The position numbers and the translations under genes were made by a program. This document shows positions 24,683 to 35,069 of a stretch of 64,000 bases of DNA, piece after piece. Under the pieces are notes generated by a model. That model ran no database searches and was not told where the DNA came from. It saw nothing but the letters and a program-made list of their open reading frames with translations. The stretch is from a virus, in the IMG/VR virus record IMGVR_UViG_3300023174_004605, positions 31,737 through 95,736 of that record, one strand, 5' to 3'. How positions within the stretch are numbered: the stretch's first letter is position 1; each line of letters begins with the position of its first letter.

Positions 24683-25793
24683 GATTAGAATAGATGAAAT
24701 TTATAATAACACATTTTGGCCCTGGTTGCAACACAATCGGCCAGGCACAAGATTGTTTTTCTGTGATCCATTTGGTCATACTGATCCAGAACATCTATTT
24801 AATCTAAGCACCGGCACCGGAAAAGAAACCAACTACGTTTTTATGCATGATCAAGAACCGGCGGATGCTGACCTGTTTGATGCTTTGTTCCAAGACGTGC
24901 TTAGGAGAAATACCGATGTATGGTGGCCCAACAAACCCAATCCGTTTGGACATGTTATAGTCAGCGAACAAGGTGAACAAGTACAACAGTTGTGTGCAAA
25001 ATATGATTGGACTGCTCACTATTATTTCTTTCATGGATGGGCCTGTCTAGATTGGTTCCGCGGATATGATCGAACATTTTTAATTCCACGTGCCCAAGAT
25101 AGAACACCAACAAAAACTTTTATGAGTCCCAACAGGATCATAGGAGGCCAACGTGATCACAGGGTGTTATTCCTTTACCATATATTTAAAAATCAAATAT
25201 CCAATATGAATATCAGTGCCCCACGTGTGTGTCCTTGCGAAGATATAGACATCTCTGTGATAGCAAGAAAGTATTGTAATCAATATCCTGACATTGCAAA
25301 TGTATTAGACAACGCCGGACTACCTCGACTGTTCGACGGTGAGGCCCAACAACAGATGTCATCGTGCTGGCTAACTAATTTTGCAGAAGCTGCAGACAGC
25401 TTAGTTTATGTGCCAACTGAAACTGTGTACTTTGGACGTAGGTTGCACATCACAGAAAAAACTTTCAAGGCTATAGCTTTAGAAATGCCTTTTGTATTGG
25501 TAGCTCCCGGGGGCAGTTTAGAATACATGAAACGTTACGGGTTTCAAACTTTCGACTCGGTGTTTGACGAAAGTTATGATACTGAGTCCAATGACTTGTT
25601 ACGTGTAGAACAAGTAGCAAAACTCTTAAAAGATCTAGACAACTTGACCGAAAAAGAACGACAACAAATACACCGAGCATGCTTGCCAATGGTTGAACAC
25701 AACTATAATCATTTCTATCGTGGTGGCTTTGCTGACATTTTGTGGCACGAATTGAATACCATGTTAAATAATCTGAAAACCAAATTACAATGA
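24681..25793 (+). CDS. Glycosyltransferase-like protein (TEK motif family)
   Basis: PTETVY...ITEKTFKAI...PF, GFQTFD...DESYD; paralogous to 36400..37590. Confidence 0.55.
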   Translation: MIRIDEIYNNTFWPWLQHNRPGTRLFFCDPFGHTDPEHLFNLSTGTGKETNYVFMHDQEPADADLFDALFQDVLRRNTDVWWPNKPNPFGHVIVSEQGEQVQQLCAKYDWTAHYYFFHGWACLDWFRGYDRTFLIPRAQDRTPTKTFMSPNRIIGGQRDHRVLFLYHIFKNQISNMNISAPRVCPCEDIDISVIARKYCNQYPDIANVLDNAGLPRLFDGEAQQQMSSCWLTNFAEAADSLVYVPTETVYFGRRLHITEKTFKAIALEMPFVLVAPGGSLEYMKRYGFQTFDSVFDESYDTESNDLLRVEQVAKLLKDLDNLTEKERQQIHRACLPMVEHNYNHFYRGGFADILWHELNTMLNNLKTKLQ

Positions 25794-26809
25794 TAAATTC
25801 TTATACCAGCTGGCAACCACTTGAAGAGGTCATAGTAGGACGAGCCTTTCCGCCTGACTACTTTGATTTTATTGACAACGCACAGGTGCGAAATCAATTA
25901 CAACAAATCTTGGCAGAAACCGAAGAAGATTTATTAAATCTACAACGCATCATCGAACAATATGGTGCTCGGGTGCGACGACCAGATCTACCCAACAAAG
26001 ACAATTTTACTCAACAACAAATATATAATAATGGTGCATCTTTGCCACCACTGACTCCAAGAGATTGGCAAATTACCTTGGGTCAAAAATTATTGCGTGT
26101 ATTACCTATTCCTGAATTAGATCAAATTTGTTCTGAGTATAAAACTCAAGTAATCAATCCACACGGAGAAACCTGGAGTCCAGACTGTGTGTTAAATGGT
26201 GCAAGTGCATCATGCATCGTGCGTGTAGGGCGTGACATATTCTTTGATAATAGTGATTTTTTACGCCCAGAGCAAACACGCTGGATCGTGGACAATGTGT
26301 TGGGGTCGGAATACAGAATACATGAAGCTGTAACTGATGGCCATGGCGATGCTGTATTTGCTATATTGAAACCCGGGGTTATACTAAGCAGCAAACATGA
26401 CATGCATCTGCATCTAGCCCAGGATTTTCCAGGATGGGAAGTTTTAAAAATTTGGGACAGCTCAATTTGGGCTGCTATGGAAGTTGGAAAATTTAAATGG
26501 GAAGCGAATCCAGGTGCATGGTATGTACAAGGACAAACACCTACACCCGAATTTACTGAATTTGTAGATTTATATCTTAATAAGTGGACAGGGTTTGTGG
26601 CCGAAACAGTATTTGATGTGAACTGCTTGGTGCTGGACGAAGAGAATGTGATCTTCAGTGCCTACAATCGAGATGTTTTTGATTTTTGTAAAAAGCATAG
26701 AATCAATCCTATTATTTCAGAATTACGTCACAGTTATTTTTGGGATGGTGGAATCAGTTGTTGCACCCAAGATCTTAGAAGACGTGGAGGATTGGAAACT
26801 TATCTATGA
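25790..26809 (+). CDS. Amidinotransferase (pentein family)
   Basis: WQPLEEVIVG, TPRD, GHGD, FDVN, DGGISCCTQD (catalytic Cys region). Confidence 0.88.
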   Translation: MINSYTSWQPLEEVIVGRAFPPDYFDFIDNAQVRNQLQQILAETEEDLLNLQRIIEQYGARVRRPDLPNKDNFTQQQIYNNGASLPPLTPRDWQITLGQKLLRVLPIPELDQICSEYKTQVINPHGETWSPDCVLNGASASCIVRVGRDIFFDNSDFLRPEQTRWIVDNVLGSEYRIHEAVTDGHGDAVFAILKPGVILSSKHDMHLHLAQDFPGWEVLKIWDSSIWAAMEVGKFKWEANPGAWYVQGQTPTPEFTEFVDLYLNKWTGFVAETVFDVNCLVLDEENVIFSAYNRDVFDFCKKHRINPIISELRHSYFWDGGISCCTQDLRRRGGLETYL

Positions 26810-28065
26810 ATAAAAAATTGCAAGTCAAAAAACTTTATGACAAATATGGAGATAAAATTTGTTTGGCTCCATTTCTTAATAATTTTTACACTACAAGTCA
26901 CATAGTTGGAAAAGATCAGACAGCTATAAATCAGATAAAACCTTGCACAGTTATAAAATCAAATAACGAATGGAACATACAGAATTCAAGTATCAGTGAC
27001 TCAAGAAATAATATTCACTGGAAAAATCTTCGGTCAGCAATGTTAAATGGACAATTAGATCAGCTACACGGTTGTCGAGATTGTAGTGGTGCTGAAAAAC
27101 TTGGAGCTTCCAGTTCACGTCAACTCAATAATGAATATCTATTCGAGCATCTTGACCTAGATATCATGGCCGAAATAGAAAAAATTATCAACAATGGACT
27201 AACTGTAGATAGTGTTCATGCATTAGACTACATGCCCAGCAATTATTGTAACTATGCCTGTGTTATGTGTATTGCCGGTGCCAGTAGCCAACGCCATGTA
27301 TTTGAAATAAAAAATGGTGCGAAAACAAAAAATGTAACAAATCCAGTTGAGTCTGATTTTTTTGACCTACTAAAAGATGTAAAAATATTGGGTTTTACCG
27401 GCGGAGAAACTATATTGCAACCCGAGGTTCATAAAGTAATAGATCAAATAATTGAAAAAGATCTTGCTAAAAATATGATAATAACCATGCTAACCAATGC
27501 AAGTGATTTTCCCGACGAGATGGTTGAGAAGTTTAAACATTTTAAAAAAGTTTTATATACAGTTAGCATTGACGGAATTGGTGAGATTATTGAATATCAG
27601 CGCCGTGGAGCTGATTGGAACACTGTAGAAAAAAATACAATAAAGATACATCAAACTCCGGTGGTTCATGAGATTGTTAATCATGTGGTATCTGCTATTA
27701 ATATTTTACATGCCATGGATTTCGTCGATTGGTGTCATGCCAATGACATGAAATTTATTGCCATAAGCCCAGTCTATCAACAAAATACCTTGGGCGTAGC
27801 TGCGTTGCCTCCTGAATTGAGAACCGTGGCCCTTGAAAGATTAAAAAATGGTAGAAAAAGATACGAGCATTACAGAACTGGATACACCAACCATGAAAAA
27901 AACTGGTTAGATACTATAGACCGTTTAATAAGTAGTGTTGAAAATGTAGAATTTAGTCCAGATGCTTTGCAAAAATTTATTAAACATATTGAACTAGAAG
28001 ATATGTTTAGTAAAAGACCGCTCAGAGAAGTGGTTCCAGAATGGGCTCCTTGGTTTGTTAACTAA
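26806..28065 (+). CDS. Radical SAM protein with N-terminal twitch/SPASM-like domain
   Basis: CNYACVMC, FTGGET, SIDG; N-terminal C...PC...CRDC. Confidence 0.9.
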   Translation: MNKKLQVKKLYDKYGDKICLAPFLNNFYTTSHIVGKDQTAINQIKPCTVIKSNNEWNIQNSSISDSRNNIHWKNLRSAMLNGQLDQLHGCRDCSGAEKLGASSSRQLNNEYLFEHLDLDIMAEIEKIINNGLTVDSVHALDYMPSNYCNYACVMCIAGASSQRHVFEIKNGAKTKNVTNPVESDFFDLLKDVKILGFTGGETILQPEVHKVIDQIIEKDLAKNMIITMLTNASDFPDEMVEKFKHFKKVLYTVSIDGIGEIIEYQRRGADWNTVEKNTIKIHQTPVVHEIVNHVVSAINILHAMDFVDWCHANDMKFIAISPVYQQNTLGVAALPPELRTVALERLKNGRKRYEHYRTGYTNHEKNWLDTIDRLISSVENVEFSPDALQKFIKHIELEDMFSKRPLREVVPEWAPWFVN

Positions 28066-29533
28066 ACACTTTTACATTATACTTCTGTTCAAATCTATTG
28101 GCATCTGCACGATCATTGACCATGGGTTCGCCACGTATGTTTAATGAAGTATTCAGCAACATAGGACAACCTGTACGTGCATACCAAGCTTCTAAGAGTG
28201 CTCTAATGCCGCTTCCGTCAGCTTCGACAGTCTGTACTCGGCTAGTGTTATCCACATGACAGATAGCAGGGTATAAGTCAGGACTGCGACAAGTTGCGAT
28301 TGACTGCATATAAGGACTGCTACTCCAACCCCGGGGCATATCAAAAAATTCATCCACATGCTCTGCCAGGATAACCGGCGCAAACGGTCTAAACTTTTGC
28401 CTACGTTTGATCTCATTGACTTGATCCTTTATATCTGATCCTCGGGGATCGGCAAGGAGACTTCGATTTCCAAGGGCTCGGGGTCCAAATTCTGCTCGAC
28501 CGCTAGCGACACCGACGATTCTATCACTTTGTAAATGATCAACGAGGGCGCGAACAGGATATTCTCCTGGGATTTCGTGGCCAAGGTACGCATCTGTCCA
28601 GCGTAGACGTCTTCCATGGGCCAGTGCGGCAGCACCAATGCTATTGCCAGCATCGCCAGGACAAGGCATGATCCAAATGTTTTCAAAATATTCACCGAGT
28701 TTTCTATTTGCAAGACAGTTCAAAGCCACGCCGCCCTGGTAAACTAGATTTGAGCTCCAGTCAAATTCCTGGGCACGACGCATAACACTATATATCAATT
28801 CTTCTGTTAAAACCTGAGCACTGGCCGCAATATCTTCATTGTCGGCCAGCCACAGCCAATCTGGATCAATGCCTATGTGCAGGTTGTCTTCCAACAAGGC
28901 CCGGCATTCTTCAACGTACAGTGGCTTGCCCCAAGCTGCCATGCCCATGGTGATGTATTCTTCATCTAGCGGGTGTAGGCCAATTCGCTGAGTAATTGCA
29001 CTATAAAAGAGCCCGATACTCCGCGGATAACTTTGGCTCCAAAGTTTTTTATACGTTGCTTTATTTTTTGTATCATATTCTGCTCCCCAGATGCTGACAG
29101 TGTCAAACTCACCAATGGCATCTATGATCACACAGGTGGCTCGATCGTATGGGCTTGTTTGAAAACCTGCAGCCGCGTGGCACAGGTGATGACTGTAAGT
29201 TTTTATCTGTCTAGGCGGATGTTGCAACCATGCGCCCAATTGATTCCTTAGAACTTGATTGACCGTAACATTTCGCCAGTCTATGCCTTGCCCTGACACA
29301 AAATTGCGGGCTTGTTTCAACCAAGGACGTTCATAGTAGGCAATGGTATCTATGTGGTAATCACAAAATTCTTCCAAAAGACCCTGACACAGATTGGCAT
29401 CATTTTTGCGGCCACTGTAGCGTTCACTGTGACCAGCAAAAACTATTTCCCCATCACTGCGTATCAGTGTGGCGGCTGCATCATGAAATCCGGCACTGAT
29501 ACCCAGTATATGTTTAGTTGGTTCCAACTTCAT
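28058..29533 (-). CDS. Carbamoyltransferase (NodU/CmcH/TobZ family)
   Basis: LGISAGFHDAAA, HHLCHAAA, GGVALNC, EFGPRALGNRS, FRPFAP, LLNTSLN. Confidence 0.96.
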   Translation of the reverse strand: MKLEPTKHILGISAGFHDAAATLIRSDGEIVFAGHSERYSGRKNDANLCQGLLEEFCDYHIDTIAYYERPWLKQARNFVSGQGIDWRNVTVNQVLRNQLGAWLQHPPRQIKTYSHHLCHAAAGFQTSPYDRATCVIIDAIGEFDTVSIWGAEYDTKNKATYKKLWSQSYPRSIGLFYSAITQRIGLHPLDEEYITMGMAAWGKPLYVEECRALLEDNLHIGIDPDWLWLADNEDIAASAQVLTEELIYSVMRRAQEFDWSSNLVYQGGVALNCLANRKLGEYFENIWIMPCPGDAGNSIGAAALAHGRRLRWTDAYLGHEIPGEYPVRALVDHLQSDRIVGVASGRAEFGPRALGNRSLLADPRGSDIKDQVNEIKRRQKFRPFAPVILAEHVDEFFDMPRGWSSSPYMQSIATCRSPDLYPAICHVDNTSRVQTVEADGSGIRALLEAWYARTGCPMLLNTSLNIRGEPMVNDRADANRFEQKYNVKVFS

Positions 29534-29631
29534 TTGTAGATAAACGGATCTCGTTTACGCAGTTCTTTAAGCTTCTTACGATAACGTAGCTCTAGTCGTA
29601 TGCGACTGATTATGTTTTTTATCCAAGACAT
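29530..29631 (-). CDS. Small basic peptide (33 aa, MSWIKNIISRIRLELRYRKKLKELRKRDPFIYK)
   Basis: GGAG RBS; ATGA-coupled to the carbamoyltransferase. Confidence 0.7.
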   Translation of the reverse strand: MSWIKNIISRIRLELRYRKKLKELRKRDPFIYK

Positions 29632-30674
29632 TTGATTTGTTTCTCCATGTAATCTGAATCTGCCCATGAGTAAGTGTACTCAGCACTGGCTGTGCTGGTT
29701 CTAACTGCTGTCACATCAAGATGGGTATTTAACTGAGCCCATATCTCTCGGTAATCTTCTGTGCCAAAACTACGAACTAGATCTACTTGTCCAATTTGTG
29801 GGTGCCCAATGGTCAATGTTTTGTCATTGGGATCAAAATTGTTAGCCGCTAACCATTCTCTAAATTCTTTTAATCTTATTTTTTGCCAATGAAATTCTCC
29901 TGGATTGTTGCCCCATTCAATGTCGAAATCACCAGCGGCTTCGGTCTGTGCTTTGAGACTGGTTGTAGTTAGTTCACCAAGTCTTGACTCACGTCCTTCG
30001 TCCTGGAATACTTCCCAATGGTGTTTGCCCACTGCTTTGTTCACACCTATATAAACTCCGCCTAAACTGCGATTGATAGTTTCTATGCCGAACAGCTCAT
30101 AGTCTTCCTCGTCCAAAACAAATCTTGGGGCCCTTAGCCAACACATGAGTTGGCTTGGACGTTGCCATTCAGGGGCGGTGTATTTTTTCCTCCAGCTCAG
30201 TTGCCAGCTTTCGAATTCATGGCACAAGAGATTCAATTGGCGGATATGCCATCGTGTGACATTATCTGCCCGCCAGTAGTAATCACTGATATGGCCGCTG
30301 CCGCCTTGTAGGTCTTCAAAGTATCTGTGCAACTGATTGAAATGAGCATGATTGATACCTCCGCTATCGTTTACACTATTGCTCATGTCAAAATGATCAT
30401 TGATACGATATCCTAGATTGCTGTCATTGATAGCCTGTATACTACGATTTATTTGATCAAGCAAATAGTTTCCATTCCTCGGACCATCTGGAAATCCAAA
30501 AAAACAGTAATTTTTTTCTAGATGATATTGGTTGGCCAACAGGTTGTTCAAGGACGTCAACCATTTGCGACTGAGACTGTTATCGTAGATGTTGGCATAT
30601 ACACGCAAGGTATCATCTGGCGTGCCTAGATCTATTTCCACTACATCAAGTAGATATTTTCTGGTACCAATCAT
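29619..30674 (-). CDS. Hypothetical protein in the modification cluster
   Basis: Long ORF (track 29619..30722); start uncertain. Confidence 0.75.
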   Translation of the reverse strand: MIGTRKYLLDVVEIDLGTPDDTLRVYANIYDNSLSRKWLTSLNNLLANQYHLEKNYCFFGFPDGPRNGNYLLDQINRSIQAINDSNLGYRINDHFDMSNSVNDSGGINHAHFNQLHRYFEDLQGGSGHISDYYWRADNVTRWHIRQLNLLCHEFESWQLSWRKKYTAPEWQRPSQLMCWLRAPRFVLDEEDYELFGIETINRSLGGVYIGVNKAVGKHHWEVFQDEGRESRLGELTTTSLKAQTEAAGDFDIEWGNNPGEFHWQKIRLKEFREWLAANNFDPNDKTLTIGHPQIGQVDLVRSFGTEDYREIWAQLNTHLDVTAVRTSTASAEYTYSWADSDYMEKQIKCLG

Positions 30675-31953
30675 ATATGTCCGGGTCTTTTTTGAGTATT
30701 TGATCCATGGTAAATGTGTCACCTCGGATGTTTTCTAATTTTAACATACGTTGTTTGCCTTTTGCAAGACCTTCCTGATAAGTTTCTGGCCATTGTTCGG
30801 CAAAAGTTGGGCGAGATTTCAATTGCAATAGAACGTCTTGTAAGGCACCCGCTGGTAAATTGGAAATTATAAGATCTACAGTTTTGTTTAATAATTCTCT
30901 GGGCAAGGCCAGGGGACTCATTATGATGTCTGGGCCAAAACTGAACACAACCTTGGCCAAGATGTCTACGCCCAACTCGCTGGCCAGTTTTTGTATCGAT
31001 TCAACTTCAAATAGCCCGGGCAAGGTCAAAGTAAAATCGATACGCATCTGACGACGATGGCGGGCAATATCCACGCCCTGTTGAAAATTTATCAACCAAG
31101 AGTTATAGTTTAAACCAGTTCTTATGTATTCTCCTACAGCACCAGTGCCGTCTAGGCTGGCACAAATCTGCCAGTCACGCATGTGTGCCAAAATGTCCTT
31201 GTAGAGATTTATTCCTTTGTACTCGATTCGGCTAAGATTGGTGTTATATCGGGCATACACACGTGGCCCATCACCCAACTCAATGATACGTTTCATGTAG
31301 CGCCAATGTTGTTCGTACATTAGAGGTTCGCCGCCTACCCAATAAACTTCTTCCACACGATGTTGTTCCACAGCCAAGGCAAATTCAGCTTCAATCTGGC
31401 TGTCTTGATAGGCCGAAATCTGTTCACGTACTTCCGGAAGCATCCAGGTGTTCTTGGAATTTGACCAGTCGATCATGTTGTGTTGCCGTTGTTCCGTTTC
31501 CCAACTACTGCTGAGCATGTCTCCACACATACGACATTTGAAGTTACAAAGATTGCTGAATCTATAATCCCAACTCACAGGGCGTACCTTGGTAAATCCA
31601 TAGCGGTCTGTGGCTCTTACACATTCTTCGTACTTGTGGGCAAACAATCTATTGAAATAGTCTCTATATACGTCGGTGTTCAATAGTTTGTTGTTGCAGA
31701 CTTCACATTCTGGCAAGATTTCGCCTTTCATCATACGCAGTCGCACGCTTCGCATGTGAGGACTATTCCAGTGTTCATCCAGGCTCACAGGTTTGTATTG
31801 CCCAGAACCAGTGGCAGTGTCTATGTATTGCTCAAAGTTTTGAGCAGGTTCACGGCTGGCACAACACATTCGCCGTTCAGTTTGTGGGCTGAGATAGGTA
31901 TGTGTCCAAGGTGCCATGCACAGGGTATCTGGTCGTTCAGGTGGGGCCGGCAT
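30646..31953 (-). CDS. Twitch-domain radical SAM protein
   Basis: CMAPW...MCC...CEVC; CNFKCRMC; GGEP; YNTN; SLDG. Confidence 0.93.
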   Translation of the reverse strand: MPAPPERPDTLCMAPWTHTYLSPQTERRMCCASREPAQNFEQYIDTATGSGQYKPVSLDEHWNSPHMRSVRLRMMKGEILPECEVCNNKLLNTDVYRDYFNRLFAHKYEECVRATDRYGFTKVRPVSWDYRFSNLCNFKCRMCGDMLSSSWETEQRQHNMIDWSNSKNTWMLPEVREQISAYQDSQIEAEFALAVEQHRVEEVYWVGGEPLMYEQHWRYMKRIIELGDGPRVYARYNTNLSRIEYKGINLYKDILAHMRDWQICASLDGTGAVGEYIRTGLNYNSWLINFQQGVDIARHRRQMRIDFTLTLPGLFEVESIQKLASELGVDILAKVVFSFGPDIIMSPLALPRELLNKTVDLIISNLPAGALQDVLLQLKSRPTFAEQWPETYQEGLAKGKQRMLKLENIRGDTFTMDQILKKDPDIYDWYQKIST

Positions 31954-33154
31954 AATCAATCAGTTGTGCAAATTCTGGTTCTACCACTGCTAGATTTTGA
32001 TTGCGTTTACGATCCAAATCTGCCACTCTCATGCGCAGAATAAAACCATCTAGGCTGGTTCCGTTATTCATAAAATCTGCAATTTGATCAAATTCTTTTC
32101 TGGTTGCTGGATCCACTTGAGCCGAGCAAAGTTTTTGCGTGATAGCTTTTTTGGCCGATTCTGGAAGAGTAGCTATACTAAAATAATAGGCATCATGCAT
32201 CATGTTCCAGTATACAAAATCAAAATTTTGTTGTCTAATCCATTCAGCCACGTGTTGCAGGTAATACACATTGAACACGTTGACGGTGGTGCATACTTGT
32301 AGTTGGATATTTGCATATTGGGCTCTGAGTTGTCGGAATCGTTCTATATTATTACAAACCTCAGACCAATCTGCATTTGACCGTTGATATTCAAATCTTT
32401 CTTTGACATCATCAATGCTGAATGCTATTTCTACTGTTTTAAAATGTTTCCAAATCGTTTCGGCCTTCTCTGGCCAATGAGTCCCGTTGGTGTTGTAGTG
32501 TATTTCTACACTGCTGGCGATGCCACGATCAACGATTCCTTGCAACATGTCAAAATGTTCTTGGATCATGAATGGTTCACCACCAGTGAATTCAATGTAT
32601 CGTATTTGATCTATGACCTGATCTATTTCGGACCAGAATGTTGGATTTTCTTTGGGCCATGCGCCCTGGCGTAACATCTGGTAATGATGGCTGGTTTTGC
32701 GATCTTCGTCTGCAGGTAAATTGGTTAATTCTTCGGTGGCAAAAGTGCTGCTGCTCCATGATCCACAAATGCGGCATTTAAGATTGCATATGTTTCCCAA
32801 CTTCAAGTCCAAAAACAACAAAGGTCGAGCCTGTTGAGTCCACTCTTGATCACCAACAATGTGTTTGAGTCTGTCTAGGGTATGGATGCGTTTGCTGGTT
32901 CTGCCGGCACGTTCTTCTCTCCAACATTTTCTACAGGTTTTTGGCTGGTTACCATTTAGAAATTCCTCTCTCAACTTCAACATGTGATTACTGTTTTGAA
33001 TTTCCAAAAAACTTGCAGTTGCTAAATTAAATTTTTCTCCTAGGTCATTTACAATTTCGTCATCGGCCAAGCAACAAGGTCTTACCGTGCCAATAGGACT
33101 GGTCTCTAAACTTACCCAAGGTAAAACACAGAATTTATCGTGCGGTATGTTCAT
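31937..33154 (-). CDS. Twitch-domain radical SAM protein
   Basis: CVLPW...PCC...CRKC; CNLKCRIC; TGGEP. Confidence 0.93.
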   Translation of the reverse strand: MNIPHDKFCVLPWVSLETSPIGTVRPCCLADDEIVNDLGEKFNLATASFLEIQNSNHMLKLREEFLNGNQPKTCRKCWREERAGRTSKRIHTLDRLKHIVGDQEWTQQARPLLFLDLKLGNICNLKCRICGSWSSSTFATEELTNLPADEDRKTSHHYQMLRQGAWPKENPTFWSEIDQVIDQIRYIEFTGGEPFMIQEHFDMLQGIVDRGIASSVEIHYNTNGTHWPEKAETIWKHFKTVEIAFSIDDVKERFEYQRSNADWSEVCNNIERFRQLRAQYANIQLQVCTTVNVFNVYYLQHVAEWIRQQNFDFVYWNMMHDAYYFSIATLPESAKKAITQKLCSAQVDPATRKEFDQIADFMNNGTSLDGFILRMRVADLDRKRNQNLAVVEPEFAQLIDYAGPT

Positions 33155-34407
33155 AACAGTGCCTGTAGTTCTGGTATCACGTCTAATATCTTTTGTTGTC
33201 TGATTGTGTCAAGTTGTCTAGTACGAGACCAAAATTGAGGAAGCAAATGGGTGTTATCTGTGGACATCATAAAATTTACAGCACTTTCAAAACCCACAGT
33301 GGCACGAGCCAACGAATCTTGAGGACGCAACCAGGCCAAATGTTCTTCAAATTTAAGGCGAAGAAGCTGTTTGTATTTGTCAGGAGCAACATCTATTCTA
33401 TAGAACGCAGGATCTTGTAGAATGTTTACATTAAGATCTTGTGCTTGTATTAGACCCTGATCAACCCAGGCTCGATGAAAGTCTGGTAGGTGCAAGGCAT
33501 TGAGAATACTTAGTGTAGGACTGATATAAAAATCAACATCGGGGCAAATTTTTAACATCTGTTGTCGATTGTGTTCTACTGTGGCCCAATTGGTGCCATT
33601 ACGTATGTATTCTGCACGTGAACCCATGGCGTCGAGACTGGCACCTACCGCAACATTTCTAAATTTTTTCCAGTAATCAAACACTGTGCGATCTTTGAGC
33701 TTGACCTGTGTAAAATTGGTGTTGTAAATCAATCTAACATCAAATCTGCCACGACGCTCTAACTCGTCTAAAATATTGTAGTGTTCAACCATCATGAGTG
33801 GTTCGCCGCCGGCGAAATAAATTTGCTCCACGTAGTCCAGGTGAGGAATCAATTGCTCCCACATGTCTGTCACGGTACGGCCAGCATAGTTTAAGGTAGT
33901 ATTTTTGTTTGCCCAGTCACCGCCGGCTAGCTTGGCTTGATCTTGATACCAACTGCTACTGAATATATGTCCACAACTACGACAACTTAGATTGCACAAG
34001 TTACTGAATCTAATATCCCAGTAAGTCATTTCAAAAGGATTATCCTGTAGCTTTTTAATGTGATGTCCATGGTGTTTATTGGCACTGCGTCGTCCACTGA
34101 AGAATCCCGAGGCCTCCTGTTCATAACAACGATTACATGCAGGGTTGGTACGTTCATTCAACATGTCATCTCGTAACTGTTGCATTTTATCGTTGTGCCA
34201 GATTTCTTTTAGGGTGTTTGTGCGACAGTTACCCACAGGGTGTGCCATTTCAGCATGACAGCATGGATAAGTTTCGCCGGTAGGATAAGCATGCAGATGT
34301 ATCCAAGGATAGATACAAAAAGTTTTACTGTCCTGTAATAAAAATTCTTCTCGCGTTGTAAGGTCTACAGGCCTGATTAAATCAGCTGAATTATATTTGT
34401 ATGACAT
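33151..34407 (-). CDS. Twitch-domain radical SAM protein
   Basis: CIYPW...PCC...CNRC; CNLSCRSC; AGGEP. Confidence 0.93.
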   Translation of the reverse strand: MSYKYNSADLIRPVDLTTREEFLLQDSKTFCIYPWIHLHAYPTGETYPCCHAEMAHPVGNCRTNTLKEIWHNDKMQQLRDDMLNERTNPACNRCYEQEASGFFSGRRSANKHHGHHIKKLQDNPFEMTYWDIRFSNLCNLSCRSCGHIFSSSWYQDQAKLAGGDWANKNTTLNYAGRTVTDMWEQLIPHLDYVEQIYFAGGEPLMMVEHYNILDELERRGRFDVRLIYNTNFTQVKLKDRTVFDYWKKFRNVAVGASLDAMGSRAEYIRNGTNWATVEHNRQQMLKICPDVDFYISPTLSILNALHLPDFHRAWVDQGLIQAQDLNVNILQDPAFYRIDVAPDKYKQLLRLKFEEHLAWLRPQDSLARATVGFESAVNFMMSTDNTHLLPQFWSRTRQLDTIRQQKILDVIPELQALL

Positions 34408-35069
34408 TATAATTTGTAATGTTTGATTATTTGTTCAGCAAATAATTTTTGCTCATCAGCATTGGGATGTCGTAACATGGCTGGATACCAATCTCCGATC
34501 AATCCCAAGTTTACATCGACTCCAGTGATTTTATCAGACCAACAAGTTTCTATCAATTTAATATTGTTTGTTACGCAGTAGGATCGTAGTGCAGAAATAT
34601 AGTTGTTTCTTTTTTTAGTGTAAATTTCTGTATCAAATTTATATTTGATAAGCATTTTGTATATGCTATCTAACACAGGCATATATTCTGCCAAGTCCGC
34701 ACACAGTTGTGGCGTAGAATCCGTGCGGGGTGTATGTTGTCTAAATGTTTTCCATATATTAGTAGTGGTTGCCGACCACGATGGTATAAATTGCCAGGTC
34801 CGTCCAGATGATTGCCATACTTCTCGTTCGACACTGGTCCATCCCACCATGACCGCAGTAATTCTGTCATGGTAATTAGGTATAGTTTCTAATGCTGTAT
34901 GAAAAATGTTTTCGTTGCTGTTGCCACAAAATGATAGATTAACACACTCGACACCAAGGTATTTGGCCACTAGTGCTGGATAACTAAAAGGTATATTTTT
35001 TTGAGAATTACCCAAGGCTGCTATTTCTGTGCCATGTGCAACCGAACATCCAAATGCTAATATTGTCAT
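34407..35069 (-). CDS. SGNH/GDSL-hydrolase-like protein
   Basis: AFGCSVAHG block I, NLSFCGNSN, C-terminal HP. Confidence 0.6.
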   Translation of the reverse strand: MTILAFGCSVAHGTEIAALGNSQKNIPFSYPALVAKYLGVECVNLSFCGNSNENIFHTALETIPNYHDRITAVMVGWTSVEREVWQSSGRTWQFIPSWSATTTNIWKTFRQHTPRTDSTPQLCADLAEYMPVLDSIYKMLIKYKFDTEIYTKKRNNYISALRSYCVTNNIKLIETCWSDKITGVDVNLGLIGDWYPAMLRHPNADEQKLFAEQIIKHYKL

